The notes beneath the pieces are model-generated. The model had not been told where the DNA came from. It did no database searches and saw only the letters and a program-made list of their open reading frames with translations. A program made the position numbers and the translations under genes. DNA of 64,000 nt from Dehalococcoidia bacterium (GTDB lineage: Bacteria; Chloroflexota; Dehalococcoidia; Plut-88900). The stretch lies in assembly GCA_965197675.1 (NCBI GenBank), contig OZ240221.1, forward strand, positions 2,268,669-2,332,668, written 5' to 3'. This document shows positions 26,503 through 35,795 of this stretch, piece by piece (position 1 is the first letter of the stretch; every line of letters starts with the position of its first letter).

Positions 26503-28467
26503 CTAACGGAAGATGGTGACTGCTATGGGAAAGTGGTCCGAGGCCTGGCTCTGGGGTATGGAGAAATCAGAGACTTGTAGGTCGGGAGACACCCAGATAT
26601 AGTCTATCCGCTGGTGGGGACTGTCAGACGCGGAGGTGAATCCCTTCCCCTCTGCTCCCGACGCTATGAAAGCATCCTTAAGCCCGGCATCTTCTAGCAA
26701 CGTTATCTCGGGGTCCCACGGACGGCCATTGAAGTCACCCAACATGATAGTATTGGATACACCATTCCAGAAATCCACGAGAGCCTTAGACTGAGGGATT
26801 CGGTGCTCGCCTTCATCCTCGCCCGCATGAAGATGAGTCGCTATTATCCTGAGCGGCAGGTCATCGCCCACGTCAACCTCGGCCAAAATGAACCCCCTGT
26901 CTATGGTGATATCCGAGTTGTTGGGCATATCGTGGGTCTCGCTGCCAACTATAGGATAGCGACTAAGTAGAGCATTCCCCCATAGGGAGTCGGCAGTAGG
27001 CCCTGAAACGTATTTCATGTCGAGACGCTGGGACAACCAGTCCAGCATGTCCACAGCATCATTGATGAGCCATCCTCTCGAAACCTCCTGGAGTGCGATT
27101 ATGTCGGGATCTTCCGCCTCTATCACCTTGGCTAAGTCCTCCATCACCAACCTTCCTTCGACGTCAAAGCCGGCATGCAGGTTGTAGGCCATCACCCTAA
27201 CCGGTAGGCCGTTTCCTTGGGTAACCGAGGCGTCATTCCACCCAACAAAATAGACCGGGGGCAGTACCAAAAGGGCTAGAGGTACAAGAACCGCCCACCT
27301 TATGCGCGGCCATTCCGATTTGATCCACGATTTTCCACGACTCCAAATGCCGGCAAGGGCCAGTACACCTGCCGCTACAGGAGGAATGACTTCTCTTGGA
27401 AAGGGCAAGCCGATGTCAAACGCCACATAAAAGAGAAAGACCAGAGTGACAAAGAGGATCAAACCCAACCCGACTCCTAAATCCAATCTTGAATCGTAGC
27501 TTGACCCCGCTCTCTTCTCCGCAGAGGTCACGATAGGTACTAGCAGCAGGGCCAAGGCTAGCTGACCGAATAAGACCACCAGGGCGGCCTGGATTCCAGA
27601 TCGCTCCCCAACAACGGCCAGGACCAGCAGCACACCGAGAAATAGCTTAATAAGGGATGGTACGGGCCTATCCAGCCTAGTCAACACCAGAATGCCAACC
27701 ACACCAAACAGATTGGCCGCTACTATCCACGTATAAACCGCCGGCTGAGGCCAATCAATGAGCACCGTCTGCTGACCTATGTTCTGAAACAGCAAAAGGT
27801 CAAGAAGAAGAATGGAGCCTATGGATATCAGGGGTAAAAAAGAGGAGCCGGGAGTCAGAGTTGGCTGCGGGTCAGTCTCAGGAGAGGCAGACATTGTGAA
27901 GCTACCTCTGACCAGAGGCGTGATGAGGAGTAGCTGGCCGGCAAAGAGAATTATCGTGACCAGGTCGGCAGAGAATCCGGCATACCAGGTGACGTCCAGA
28001 GTACCAAAGACACCCTTCGCGGCAGTGTCCACCGATATCCCCAAGAATAGGGCTAAAACCCACGAGACTCCCCCTTCAGGCCCTCTCGATCGAAAATGAT
28101 GTAGGGAGATCGGAAAGAACCACAAAAACAAAACAGTGCCGATGATTGCCAGGCATAGATCGGCGGGAGATGAGTAGATGAACTGCTCGACTAGTCGCAC
28201 GAGCCCCAGTGTGAAAGCCGTCAGGGCAAAGGAGGATTTAATGCCTATGCACCGCCGAATGATGGGGGCAAGAAACACCGTAAAGAAGACCGCAAAGGCG
28301 ATCCCTCCCAAAAATAACGTCGACAAATCTTTGACTTCTCGCAGATAGTAGACCAGCTCTACAATCAGAAGTCGAAGCATCTGCAGGCCAAAGGTAAAGG
28401 TCAGTATAGAAAGGAGGATGGGATTACTGGGGGACCAAGCTTGGGGGTTTCTAAGCAGGCCAATCAT
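26503..28467 (-). CDS. Polytopic membrane protein fused to a C-terminal endonuclease/exonuclease/phosphatase (EEP) domain
   Basis: 654 aa. About 400 aa of repeated hydrophobic helices, then an EEP domain (VMAYNLH...IIALQEV...SDHFPI). Confidence 0.75.
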   Translation of the reverse strand: MIGLLRNPQAWSPSNPILLSILTFTFGLQMLRLLIVELVYYLREVKDLSTLFLGGIAFAVFFTVFLAPIIRRCIGIKSSFALTAFTLGLVRLVEQFIYSSPADLCLAIIGTVLFLWFFPISLHHFRSRGPEGGVSWVLALFLGISVDTAAKGVFGTLDVTWYAGFSADLVTIILFAGQLLLITPLVRGSFTMSASPETDPQPTLTPGSSFLPLISIGSILLLDLLLFQNIGQQTVLIDWPQPAVYTWIVAANLFGVVGILVLTRLDRPVPSLIKLFLGVLLVLAVVGERSGIQAALVVLFGQLALALLLVPIVTSAEKRAGSSYDSRLDLGVGLGLILFVTLVFLFYVAFDIGLPFPREVIPPVAAGVLALAGIWSRGKSWIKSEWPRIRWAVLVPLALLVLPPVYFVGWNDASVTQGNGLPVRVMAYNLHAGFDVEGRLVMEDLAKVIEAEDPDIIALQEVSRGWLINDAVDMLDWLSQRLDMKYVSGPTADSLWGNALLSRYPIVGSETHDMPNNSDITIDRGFILAEVDVGDDLPLRIIATHLHAGEDEGEHRIPQSKALVDFWNGVSNTIMLGDFNGRPWDPEITLLEDAGLKDAFIASGAEGKGFTSASDSPHQRIDYIWVSPDLQVSDFSIPQSQASDHFPIAVTIFR

Positions 28468-28499
28468 TTTCTGGATGATGAAAGTGGACCACCGAGGGG

Positions 28500-28901
28500 C
28501 TAGGAACTGTTTCCCCGCGGCTTCATGTTTTCTAGATCCCTAAGGCGTTCATCGCTGATTCCAAAATGGTGAGCAATCTCGTGATAAAGCACGTCACGTA
28601 TCTCGCGCTCCATCTCTTCATCGGAGTGACAGATGCCTTCTATGGGCCTTTGGAAGATGCTGATTTTATCCGGCAGAACGCCGCCGTAGTGAGAACCGCG
28701 CTCTACCAAGGGTACGCCCTCATATAGTCCCAGTAGATGCCTTCGACTCCGCAGGCCAACCTCAGCCAGTTGTCCCCGGGTGGGCCAGTCCTCGACTACT
28801 ATGTCGACGTTTTCTATTCGTTCTTTGAATTCCTTGGGCAAAGAAATCAGAGCTCTCTCCAGAATATCCTCGAACCTGTTCCTATCCATAGCTTGATACA
28901 C
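28500..28901 (-). CDS. Small zincin-like metallopeptidase family protein
   Basis: 133 aa with a HEIAHHFG zinc-binding motif. Confidence 0.7.
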   Translation of the reverse strand: MYQAMDRNRFEDILERALISLPKEFKERIENVDIVVEDWPTRGQLAEVGLRSRRHLLGLYEGVPLVERGSHYGGVLPDKISIFQRPIEGICHSDEEMEREIRDVLYHEIAHHFGISDERLRDLENMKPRGNSS

Positions 28902-28972
28902 TCAACAACAATAACTCGCTTACAAAGTGATAGATTCAAGTCCATATCCGAGAATCGCCTGAGTCTCGAAAA

Positions 28973-29113
28973 CTACGCTATACCGATGCGCGACGTTTTG
29001 GCTACACGGGTATAGCATAGGTCTCGAGCAGGTGGCCGGCCGTTTTTCGTGGTGATGTGGGTAAGGTTCTTCACCTCATGGGATATTCGACATTTGACGC
29101 AGTGAGCCTGCAT
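28973..29113 (-). CDS. 46-aa DUF5679-like mini zinc-ribbon protein (below the ORF-track size cut-off)
   Basis: GGAGGAG lies 4 nt upstream of the ATG at 29113. Translation: MQAHCVKCRISHEVKNLTHITTKNGRPPARDLCYTRVAKTSRIGIA. The pattern CVKC...KNGRP...C..(C)...RIG matches my memory of the DUF5679 family. Confidence 0.5.
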   Translation of the reverse strand: MQAHCVKCRISHEVKNLTHITTKNGRPPARDLCYTRVAKTSRIGIA

Positions 29114-29188
29114 ATACTCCTCCGATGTCCGGGCTGCACCTGTTCTACGATAACAAAGTCATCCGAAGTAACCTATCAGAGTAAAATC

Positions 29189-30058
29189 TCATGAGGAATT
29201 AATGCCGTAGGAAATGTCGTTTTCTTTTGCATCATCCGGCTTCAGGGGAGGATCGAGTCTGACCAGGTGTTCCTTAGAAAGCAAACCGTTGCGCAATGCA
29301 TCGGGCCACCAGGAGAAGGGGTCTCCACCCACTAACTGGGTACGATGACACATAATCGCATCCCGCTTCTTTTCTGAGTAGTTGCTCACCTCTAGAAAGG
29401 TTGTGATCTCCTCGTCTGGCACCCCTAATCCCTCGGCATCTACATCTGACAAGGCGGAGTGGATGCCGGCGTCCTTCATAGCCTGGCGGAACAACCTGGC
29501 CATGCTCCTGGGAAAGGCGAAATAGTACAACCTGTTAGCTTGGTGAGGCTGCAATCCGCCAGCTAGTTGCTCGGAATACTTGAGCGGATCAGAAGAGGTA
29601 AAGTACGCTTCCTTTGCCGCCTTGTGCATCGATATATGGTCGGGGTGCCCGTAACCGCCCTTGGGATCGAAGGTGACGATAACCTGTGGCCTCACTTGAC
29701 GAACGATTTGCACTATCTTGCCCACAACCTCCGTCCAGTCGGCCTGGCTAAGAGACGACGGGTGATAGTTGTCATCGACACCTGCCATGCCAGAGTCCCA
29801 ATAACCCAACAGATGGATCCATTTGACGCCCAGGACCTCACAGGCTGCCCGAAGCTCCTGCTCTCTCACTTCGGCGAGGTTTTCAGGAGTAGCCAGATTG
29901 GAATCGTTTATCTCACCAACCTCGCCCCGAGTGGCGCAGATAAGAGTGACTTCTACCCCCTCGGCGGAGGACTTGGCCAACAAGCCTCCACAGCCAAAGG
30001 TTTCGTCATCGGGATGAGCAGTAACGACTAGCAGGCGTCTTTGAGGTTGTTCACCCAT
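29189..30058 (-). CDS. PIG-L/LmbE family deacetylase
   Basis: AHPDDE and HPDH motifs. I prefer the ATG at 30058 (MGEQPQRRLLVVTAHPDDE). The track ORF runs to 30103. Confidence 0.8.
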   Translation of the reverse strand: MGEQPQRRLLVVTAHPDDETFGCGGLLAKSSAEGVEVTLICATRGEVGEINDSNLATPENLAEVREQELRAACEVLGVKWIHLLGYWDSGMAGVDDNYHPSSLSQADWTEVVGKIVQIVRQVRPQVIVTFDPKGGYGHPDHISMHKAAKEAYFTSSDPLKYSEQLAGGLQPHQANRLYYFAFPRSMARLFRQAMKDAGIHSALSDVDAEGLGVPDEEITTFLEVSNYSEKKRDAIMCHRTQLVGGDPFSWWPDALRNGLLSKEHLVRLDPPLKPDDAKENDISYGINSS

Positions 30059-30187
30059 GGAAATCTCAGTCCGGATGATAGCGCAGCCTGAGCTAACCGT
30101 CAAAGCCAGGGGCGAGCACAGTGGCTTGTGATGAGTTTCTCCCTATAGTAGAATAGCAACACACCCGATGTATTTTCGGAGGAGACT

Positions 30188-31858
30188 ATGAAAGAATACG
30201 ATCTGGTCATCCGCGGCGGCACGATAGTAGATGGTACAGGCGTCCCAAAATATAAAGCCGACTTAGCTGTGAAAGACGGTCGAGTGGCCCTGATCAGCGG
30301 AGTGATCAAGGCAGGGGCAGCCAAGGAGCTGGATGCCTCTGGCTGCATCGTGGCGCCAGGCGCCATCGACCTCCATACCCACTACGATGCCCAGCTCAAC
30401 TGGGACCCTTACTGCTCCCTATCCGGATGGTTTGGCGTCACATCTCTCACCATTGGCCAGTGCGGCTTCGGGTTTGCTCCCACCAAGCCAGAAGACCGAG
30501 AGCTCAACATGCGAATGATGAACAGGGTCGAGGCCATCCCTCTGGAGTCCATGCGAAAAGGAATGCGCTGGGACTGGGTGACCTTTCCTGAGTACCTGGA
30601 TAGCCTGGATAGTCAGGGCTTGGGTGTGAATGTGGGCGCCTTGTTCCCATTCTCACCCCTACGCGGCTACGTATTGGGAATGATAGAGGCCAGGGAGCGA
30701 ACCTCGGTCACCGACGAAGAGCTGGAGCAGATGAAGCAGATCTTCCGAGAAGCGATGGAGGCTGGAGCCTTCGGCATCTCCGCTGACAAAAACATGGAAG
30801 ATCGCCCGGAAGAAGGTGGATATCTACCAAGCCACGTCGCCTCAAAGGAGGAGTTTTTAGCACTAGCAGAGGTTCTTGGTGAGTTTGGCGTGGGGCACAT
30901 TGGATGGACCAACTACATGTCGGAAACGCCAAGAGAGAACAGAGAGTTGCTGCTGGAGATGATGAAGATTAGCGGTCGCCCTCTACACATGGGCATGGAC
31001 CTAGAACCCGACGCCTACGACTGGGTGGAATCTTCACGCGCCCAAGGACTCCCTGTACTGACCCAGGAGAACGTACTGGATATAGACTCCCACTTCACAC
31101 TGGCCGAGTACAACATGTTCGACTATTTGCCAAACTGGGTGGAACCGCTGGTAGGCTCACCTGAAGAGCGGGCCGCAAAGCTGCGAGATCCCAACCTTCG
31201 GGAAGCTATGAAGAAGGATGTCGAAGAGCATCCATATATCAGGACCGACTGGCCAAAAGTAAAGGTGTTAGAGGTAGTCAATGAGAGGAACTACAAATAC
31301 GAGGGTAGGTTCGTCTCAGAACTAGCCACCATGGAGAAGAAGCACCCCCTAGATGCCTTGATAGATCTGTCCCTAGACGAAGACCTGCAGACCACTTTCA
31401 GCCATCCATTGCTAGATCCCATTCAGGGCGAGAGGGTAAAAAGTCCTTATGCACACGTCTCTGTGTCAGACGGTGGCGCTCACGTGAGATACCATATAAC
31501 CAGTGCGTGGCCTGTCGACTTTCTGACTCGATGGATCCGAGACGAGAATCTGATGAGCCTAGAAGAGGCCCACTACAAGATAAGCTCTCTTCCCGCCTGG
31601 TTCGCCAACTTCAAAGATCGGGGCATACTACGAATCGGAAACTGGGCCGATATCATGGTGTACAACCAGGATGAACTGGGCTACTACTACGATAAGCCTA
31701 CCTACGCCAACGATTTCCCAGGCGGTGAGCGGAGAATGATCCAGAAGGCCAAAGGCCTCCGCTATACTATCGTCAATGGCGCCGTTACCTTTGAAGGGAC
31801 TGAGTGCACCGGAGCTACACCCGGAAAGCTGCTTCGAAGCTACGATATGGTAGATTAA
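30188..31858 (+). CDS. N-acyl-D-amino-acid deacylase (D-aminoacylase) family amidohydrolase
   Basis: YDLVIRGGTIVDGTG...KDGRVALI...APGAIDLHTHYD N-terminal pattern; 556 aa. Confidence 0.8.
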   Translation: MKEYDLVIRGGTIVDGTGVPKYKADLAVKDGRVALISGVIKAGAAKELDASGCIVAPGAIDLHTHYDAQLNWDPYCSLSGWFGVTSLTIGQCGFGFAPTKPEDRELNMRMMNRVEAIPLESMRKGMRWDWVTFPEYLDSLDSQGLGVNVGALFPFSPLRGYVLGMIEARERTSVTDEELEQMKQIFREAMEAGAFGISADKNMEDRPEEGGYLPSHVASKEEFLALAEVLGEFGVGHIGWTNYMSETPRENRELLLEMMKISGRPLHMGMDLEPDAYDWVESSRAQGLPVLTQENVLDIDSHFTLAEYNMFDYLPNWVEPLVGSPEERAAKLRDPNLREAMKKDVEEHPYIRTDWPKVKVLEVVNERNYKYEGRFVSELATMEKKHPLDALIDLSLDEDLQTTFSHPLLDPIQGERVKSPYAHVSVSDGGAHVRYHITSAWPVDFLTRWIRDENLMSLEEAHYKISSLPAWFANFKDRGILRIGNWADIMVYNQDELGYYYDKPTYANDFPGGERRMIQKAKGLRYTIVNGAVTFEGTECTGATPGKLLRSYDMVD

Positions 31859-31881
31859 GTAGACATAACTCCACTGCATCT

Positions 31882-31916
31882 AGTCGGCCTCCTGATCTTA
31901 GGAGGCCGACTTCATT
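31882..31916 (+). terminator. Intrinsic-terminator-like hairpin after the D-aminoacylase gene
   Basis: Perfect 11-bp stem AGTCGGCCTCC / GGAGGCCGACT (31882-31892 and 31901-31911), an 8-nt loop, then TTCATT. The U-tract is weak. Confidence 0.5.
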
Positions 31917-31951
31917 GTAAGCCTTATCGGATTCTTGCCAGGAGGCACTAG

Positions 31952-33004
31952 ATGGCTGAAGCATGTCCGCGAGCCACTGACCTGGGGGTGGAGATAGGTA
32001 TCCTGCCACGTGGGCCCCACAACTCCATCACTGACGTTCCAGAGGTATCTGTGGGACACGTCACATTGGTAGAAGGAGAAGGCGCTCTGAAGGTGGGCAA
32101 AGGACCTGTGCGAACGGGCGTCACCGTCGTCCTCCCACATCAGGAGAATACCTTCATTAGAAAAGTACGGGCCTCGGTGCACGTGGTAAATGGTTTTGGA
32201 AAGGCGATAGGGTTTCTTCAGGTGTCAGAGTTGGGGGTCATCGAGAGTCCCATCGCTCTTACCAGTACACTCAGCATCTGGCGGGCTGCGGACGCCTTAA
32301 TCGACTATCTGTCAGCGATGAATCCCGGCGTCTTCTCCTTCAATCCAGTGGTAGGGGAGTGCAACGACGGTTTTCTGAACGATATAGTCGGTCGGCACAT
32401 ACGAACCGAACATGTTCAACAAGCCATCGCCAGCGCGACCACCCCAAACATCGCAGAGGGTAATGTGGGAGCAGGCACAGGCATGACCGGTTTCAACTGG
32501 AAGGGAGGCATAGGAACTTCTTCACGCCTTTGTGAGTGCTCCGAGGGACGCTACACCATTGGAGCCACGGTGCTCAATAACACCGGAGACCCTCGGGAGT
32601 TCCGGATAGATGGCACCAGGATCGGGCGCTGCTTGTTGCCTCCTGAAACAGACTTCGATCCCAGTCGACCCGGCGGGTCTATCATAATGCTCGTTGCCAC
32701 CGATGCTCCCGTAAGTTCCCGCCAGATGGGGCGAATCACCCGAAGAGCGGGGATGGGCCTTGCTAGAGCAGGGGGTATAGCAGATCATGGAAGTGGCGAC
32801 TTCATAATCGGGTTCACCAACTCTACCCATCAACCCTCCATTGACGAGAACAACCTGAACCCTCTGTTACGGGGCGCCATAGAGGCCACCGAGGAGGCCA
32901 TTGTCAACTCGGTTCTCCGGGCCGAGACCATGACGGGACAGAGCGGCAACACACGCCACGGAATCTCAATAGACGAGCTGCGGAAAATCCTGCCTGCTAC
33001 CTAG
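31952..33004 (+). CDS. P1/S58 family peptidase (DmpA-type L-aminopeptidase/D-esterase)
   Basis: N-terminus RATDLGVEIGILPRGPHNSITDVPEVSVGHVTL is typical of the DmpA family; 350 aa. Confidence 0.75.
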   Translation: MAEACPRATDLGVEIGILPRGPHNSITDVPEVSVGHVTLVEGEGALKVGKGPVRTGVTVVLPHQENTFIRKVRASVHVVNGFGKAIGFLQVSELGVIESPIALTSTLSIWRAADALIDYLSAMNPGVFSFNPVVGECNDGFLNDIVGRHIRTEHVQQAIASATTPNIAEGNVGAGTGMTGFNWKGGIGTSSRLCECSEGRYTIGATVLNNTGDPREFRIDGTRIGRCLLPPETDFDPSRPGGSIIMLVATDAPVSSRQMGRITRRAGMGLARAGGIADHGSGDFIIGFTNSTHQPSIDENNLNPLLRGAIEATEEAIVNSVLRAETMTGQSGNTRHGISIDELRKILPAT

Positions 33005-33023
33005 AAGTAGCCTTTAGGGTGCT

Positions 33024-34196
33024 CTAGGTTAAGTTATAAATCTCGATAGCATTTTCGCCCAGTATTTTCCTCTGGGCACTCTCCGATAGCCCACCTATCT
33101 GCTCCTTCAGCTCCTCCACAGGCCCATACTCAGCATCTATGTGCGGAAAATCAGACGCCCACACGAAGTGGTCTTCTCCCAACAGCTCCACCATCGCAGG
33201 GGTCGTCTTCTCATCGGGATCCACCGATATGTAGCACTGACGGTCGAAGTAGAAGCCGGGCTCCTCCTTCATCGGCGAGAATGCCTTCCCAACTTTGTAC
33301 TTGCTCTCCAGCCTCTCCAGCCAGTGGGCAATCCATCCTCCTCCACTCTCCAGTATCACGTACTTCAGTCGAGGGAACCTCTCGAATACGCCCGTAGTCA
33401 TCATAGCGGTGAAGGCGGCCTGGACATCCAGCATGAGATAGGTGAAGTTGAAGACCTGGTTTGCTTGTGAGAACGTTGAACCTTCGTCAGGCCATAGCGA
33501 GCTGGTCCACTGAGCCATAGGGTTACCAGCTCGGACCACCACGTGGGGCGCTATGGGAAGGTCCATCTCCTGAGCCTCAGCCCAGATGACGTCATGGTCT
33601 GGGTGAGCAATCGTCCGTCCATTGAACATGTCAGGCCTGACAAAGAAACCCCGCGCTCCCAGATTAGCCGTACGCTTCATCTCGTCCAGTGCATTCTCCA
33701 CATCTAGTAAAGGAATATGGGCCACGGGAAACAGTCGGTTCGGACAGGTATTGCAGAAGTCTGAAAGCCAGTTATTGTAGGCACGAGCCAAGGCAAGGAC
33801 AAAATCCGGGTCGCTTACGTCCTCTTCCCAAAAGATTCCTATGGTGGGATAGATCAGAGCTGCATCTATACCCTCCTCGTCCAGAACCTGGACTCGCTCG
33901 TGGGGGTCCATGGAGCCAGGAGGAGCGCCATCGAGATAGGTGTAAACACCAGGGGTGAGAAGCTTGGTGCGGTCGCCGTTCTTGTCAGGATATCCGCCGA
34001 TGCCGCCTAGAGAACCGCTAATGCCAACCTCGTCACCCATCGAGGGCTTGCCGTCCACCTCCCAGTACTCCAGGCCTTCGTCACTGATCCTCCAGCGAAT
34101 GGCGCGATCCTTGTATTTGTCCTCCAGGTAGCTCTCCCACATGTCCATCGGCTCCAGTACGTGACCATCTGCATCCACCACTCTTAAATCCACCAT
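33024..34196 (-). CDS. Amidohydrolase-2 (ACMSD-like metal-dependent hydrolase) family protein
   Basis: VVDADGHVLEP...W..YL start and a C-terminal FPH.D region. Confidence 0.75.
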   Translation of the reverse strand: MVDLRVVDADGHVLEPMDMWESYLEDKYKDRAIRWRISDEGLEYWEVDGKPSMGDEVGISGSLGGIGGYPDKNGDRTKLLTPGVYTYLDGAPPGSMDPHERVQVLDEEGIDAALIYPTIGIFWEEDVSDPDFVLALARAYNNWLSDFCNTCPNRLFPVAHIPLLDVENALDEMKRTANLGARGFFVRPDMFNGRTIAHPDHDVIWAEAQEMDLPIAPHVVVRAGNPMAQWTSSLWPDEGSTFSQANQVFNFTYLMLDVQAAFTAMMTTGVFERFPRLKYVILESGGGWIAHWLERLESKYKVGKAFSPMKEEPGFYFDRQCYISVDPDEKTTPAMVELLGEDHFVWASDFPHIDAEYGPVEELKEQIGGLSESAQRKILGENAIEIYNLT

Positions 34197-34263
34197 GCTT
34201 CACTCCTTCACCAGTGACGTTTCATCAGGTTACACTCCATTGTAGAATCGACTACCATCGCGG

Positions 34264-35769
34264 TCAACGCTTCGTTTTCCCAGCTTCTTCCTCCGTAAAA
34301 GCGAGACCCTGTTCGATAGATGCCTCCACTTGTTCCTCTCCCTTCATCAGTAGGGCGGGGATCAGCCCTGCCAAACACACCACCATCCCTGCCAGGAAAA
34401 ATCCCTGGAAGACTTCAAAGCCTACTCCGGTAAGCTCCTCAGCGTATTCTGGGTCGGCGAAGGAAATGGCGATTTGGGTTACCAGTATATCGAAGCGATC
34501 TGTTCCCCAGGATGTCAAGGCAGCAAGTCCCACCGTCATGCCCATCATGCGCATCACCGTCAGCATGGCTGCCGCAGTGCCCCTATAACCGGCCGTTACC
34601 GAGTTGATAGCGGCCGCTGCTATAGGTGCGATCACCAGTCCAAATCCCAATCCGCCTACAACGAGATGGATCGTCATGGACGGATCATCGATATTCAAGT
34701 CCCACCCGCTCATGAAGTAGAAGGACGAAGCGCTTAGCAGGAGACCCGCAATGGTGGGCAGCCTGTATCCGAGCTTCGACGAGACGAACCCACCCAGTAA
34801 TGCGCCTACGGGAATGGCAGCAGTCAATCTCACGAGTCTAAAGCCACCCTCCAACGGCTTCTGGCCCAAAACTGTATCCGTCATCAGAGGAATGGTTATC
34901 ATGGCTATTATCAGGGCCACCCCCACCAGAAAATGGGTGGAGTTGGCCCCTGAGAAGGTGGTCCTGCGGAAAAGGGAAAGCGGGGTTAGGGGAGTCGAGC
35001 TAGCCCCCTGGCTCCAAATGTAGACCACAAGAACGACTGCACCTCCCACCAAACCGGTAACCGCTAGCAGAGTGTACTCCCCCCACTGGGATAGGGAGAG
35101 AGTCACGGTAGTTAACGCCAGGGCCAGAAGTAAACCGCCTCTGTAGTCCACCACGTAGGAGTGTCGTGGGGTGGAGGGAGTAAAAAGCAGAAGAAGCACT
35201 ATCACCAGAGCTACCAGGGGAACGTTCATCCAAAACACCCATCTCCAGTCGAGGTAGTGGTCCAGCAGTGCTCCCCAAAGAGGGCCTATCACACCCCCGG
35301 CTTCTGCAGCAGCACCCACGATGCCCAGAGCTACAGCGCGCCGCCGCGCAGGCAACAAGTCGCCTGTTAGAGCTATGGTAACCGGCACTACTGCGCCACC
35401 ACCCACAGCTTGGAACACCCTGAATCCCACCAGCGAGGGCAGATCCTGAGCTACCGCCACCAGAACAGAGCCAACTGCGAAGACAGCCATGGCCAGGATG
35501 TAGACACGACGATGTCCATGAACGTCGGACACCCTACCCATGAGAGGCATGATCGCCGTGTAACCCAGAAGATAACCCGTGATGGTCCAGGAGACCTGAT
35601 CAAGATCGTCGATTCCCAGCCGGAAATCCTCCATGATGCTGGGCAGAATCGTTACCACCACAGTCTGGTCATCGGCGGCGATGAACACGCCCAGACAGGC
35701 AGCGAGTATTGCCGGATAGACGGATCGTCCTGCTAGCACGGAAGCATTATACCGTTTGAGTCCCGGCAC
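34264..35769 (-). CDS. MFS transporter, DHA2 (14-TMS) type
   Basis: 501 aa; motif A LMGRVSDVHGHRRVY; many TM segments. Confidence 0.85.
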   Translation of the reverse strand: MPGLKRYNASVLAGRSVYPAILAACLGVFIAADDQTVVVTILPSIMEDFRLGIDDLDQVSWTITGYLLGYTAIMPLMGRVSDVHGHRRVYILAMAVFAVGSVLVAVAQDLPSLVGFRVFQAVGGGAVVPVTIALTGDLLPARRRAVALGIVGAAAEAGGVIGPLWGALLDHYLDWRWVFWMNVPLVALVIVLLLLFTPSTPRHSYVVDYRGGLLLALALTTVTLSLSQWGEYTLLAVTGLVGGAVVLVVYIWSQGASSTPLTPLSLFRRTTFSGANSTHFLVGVALIIAMITIPLMTDTVLGQKPLEGGFRLVRLTAAIPVGALLGGFVSSKLGYRLPTIAGLLLSASSFYFMSGWDLNIDDPSMTIHLVVGGLGFGLVIAPIAAAAINSVTAGYRGTAAAMLTVMRMMGMTVGLAALTSWGTDRFDILVTQIAISFADPEYAEELTGVGFEVFQGFFLAGMVVCLAGLIPALLMKGEEQVEASIEQGLAFTEEEAGKTKR

Positions 35770-35795
35770 CTTGTGAGGGAAGAGGGTATCATCGT

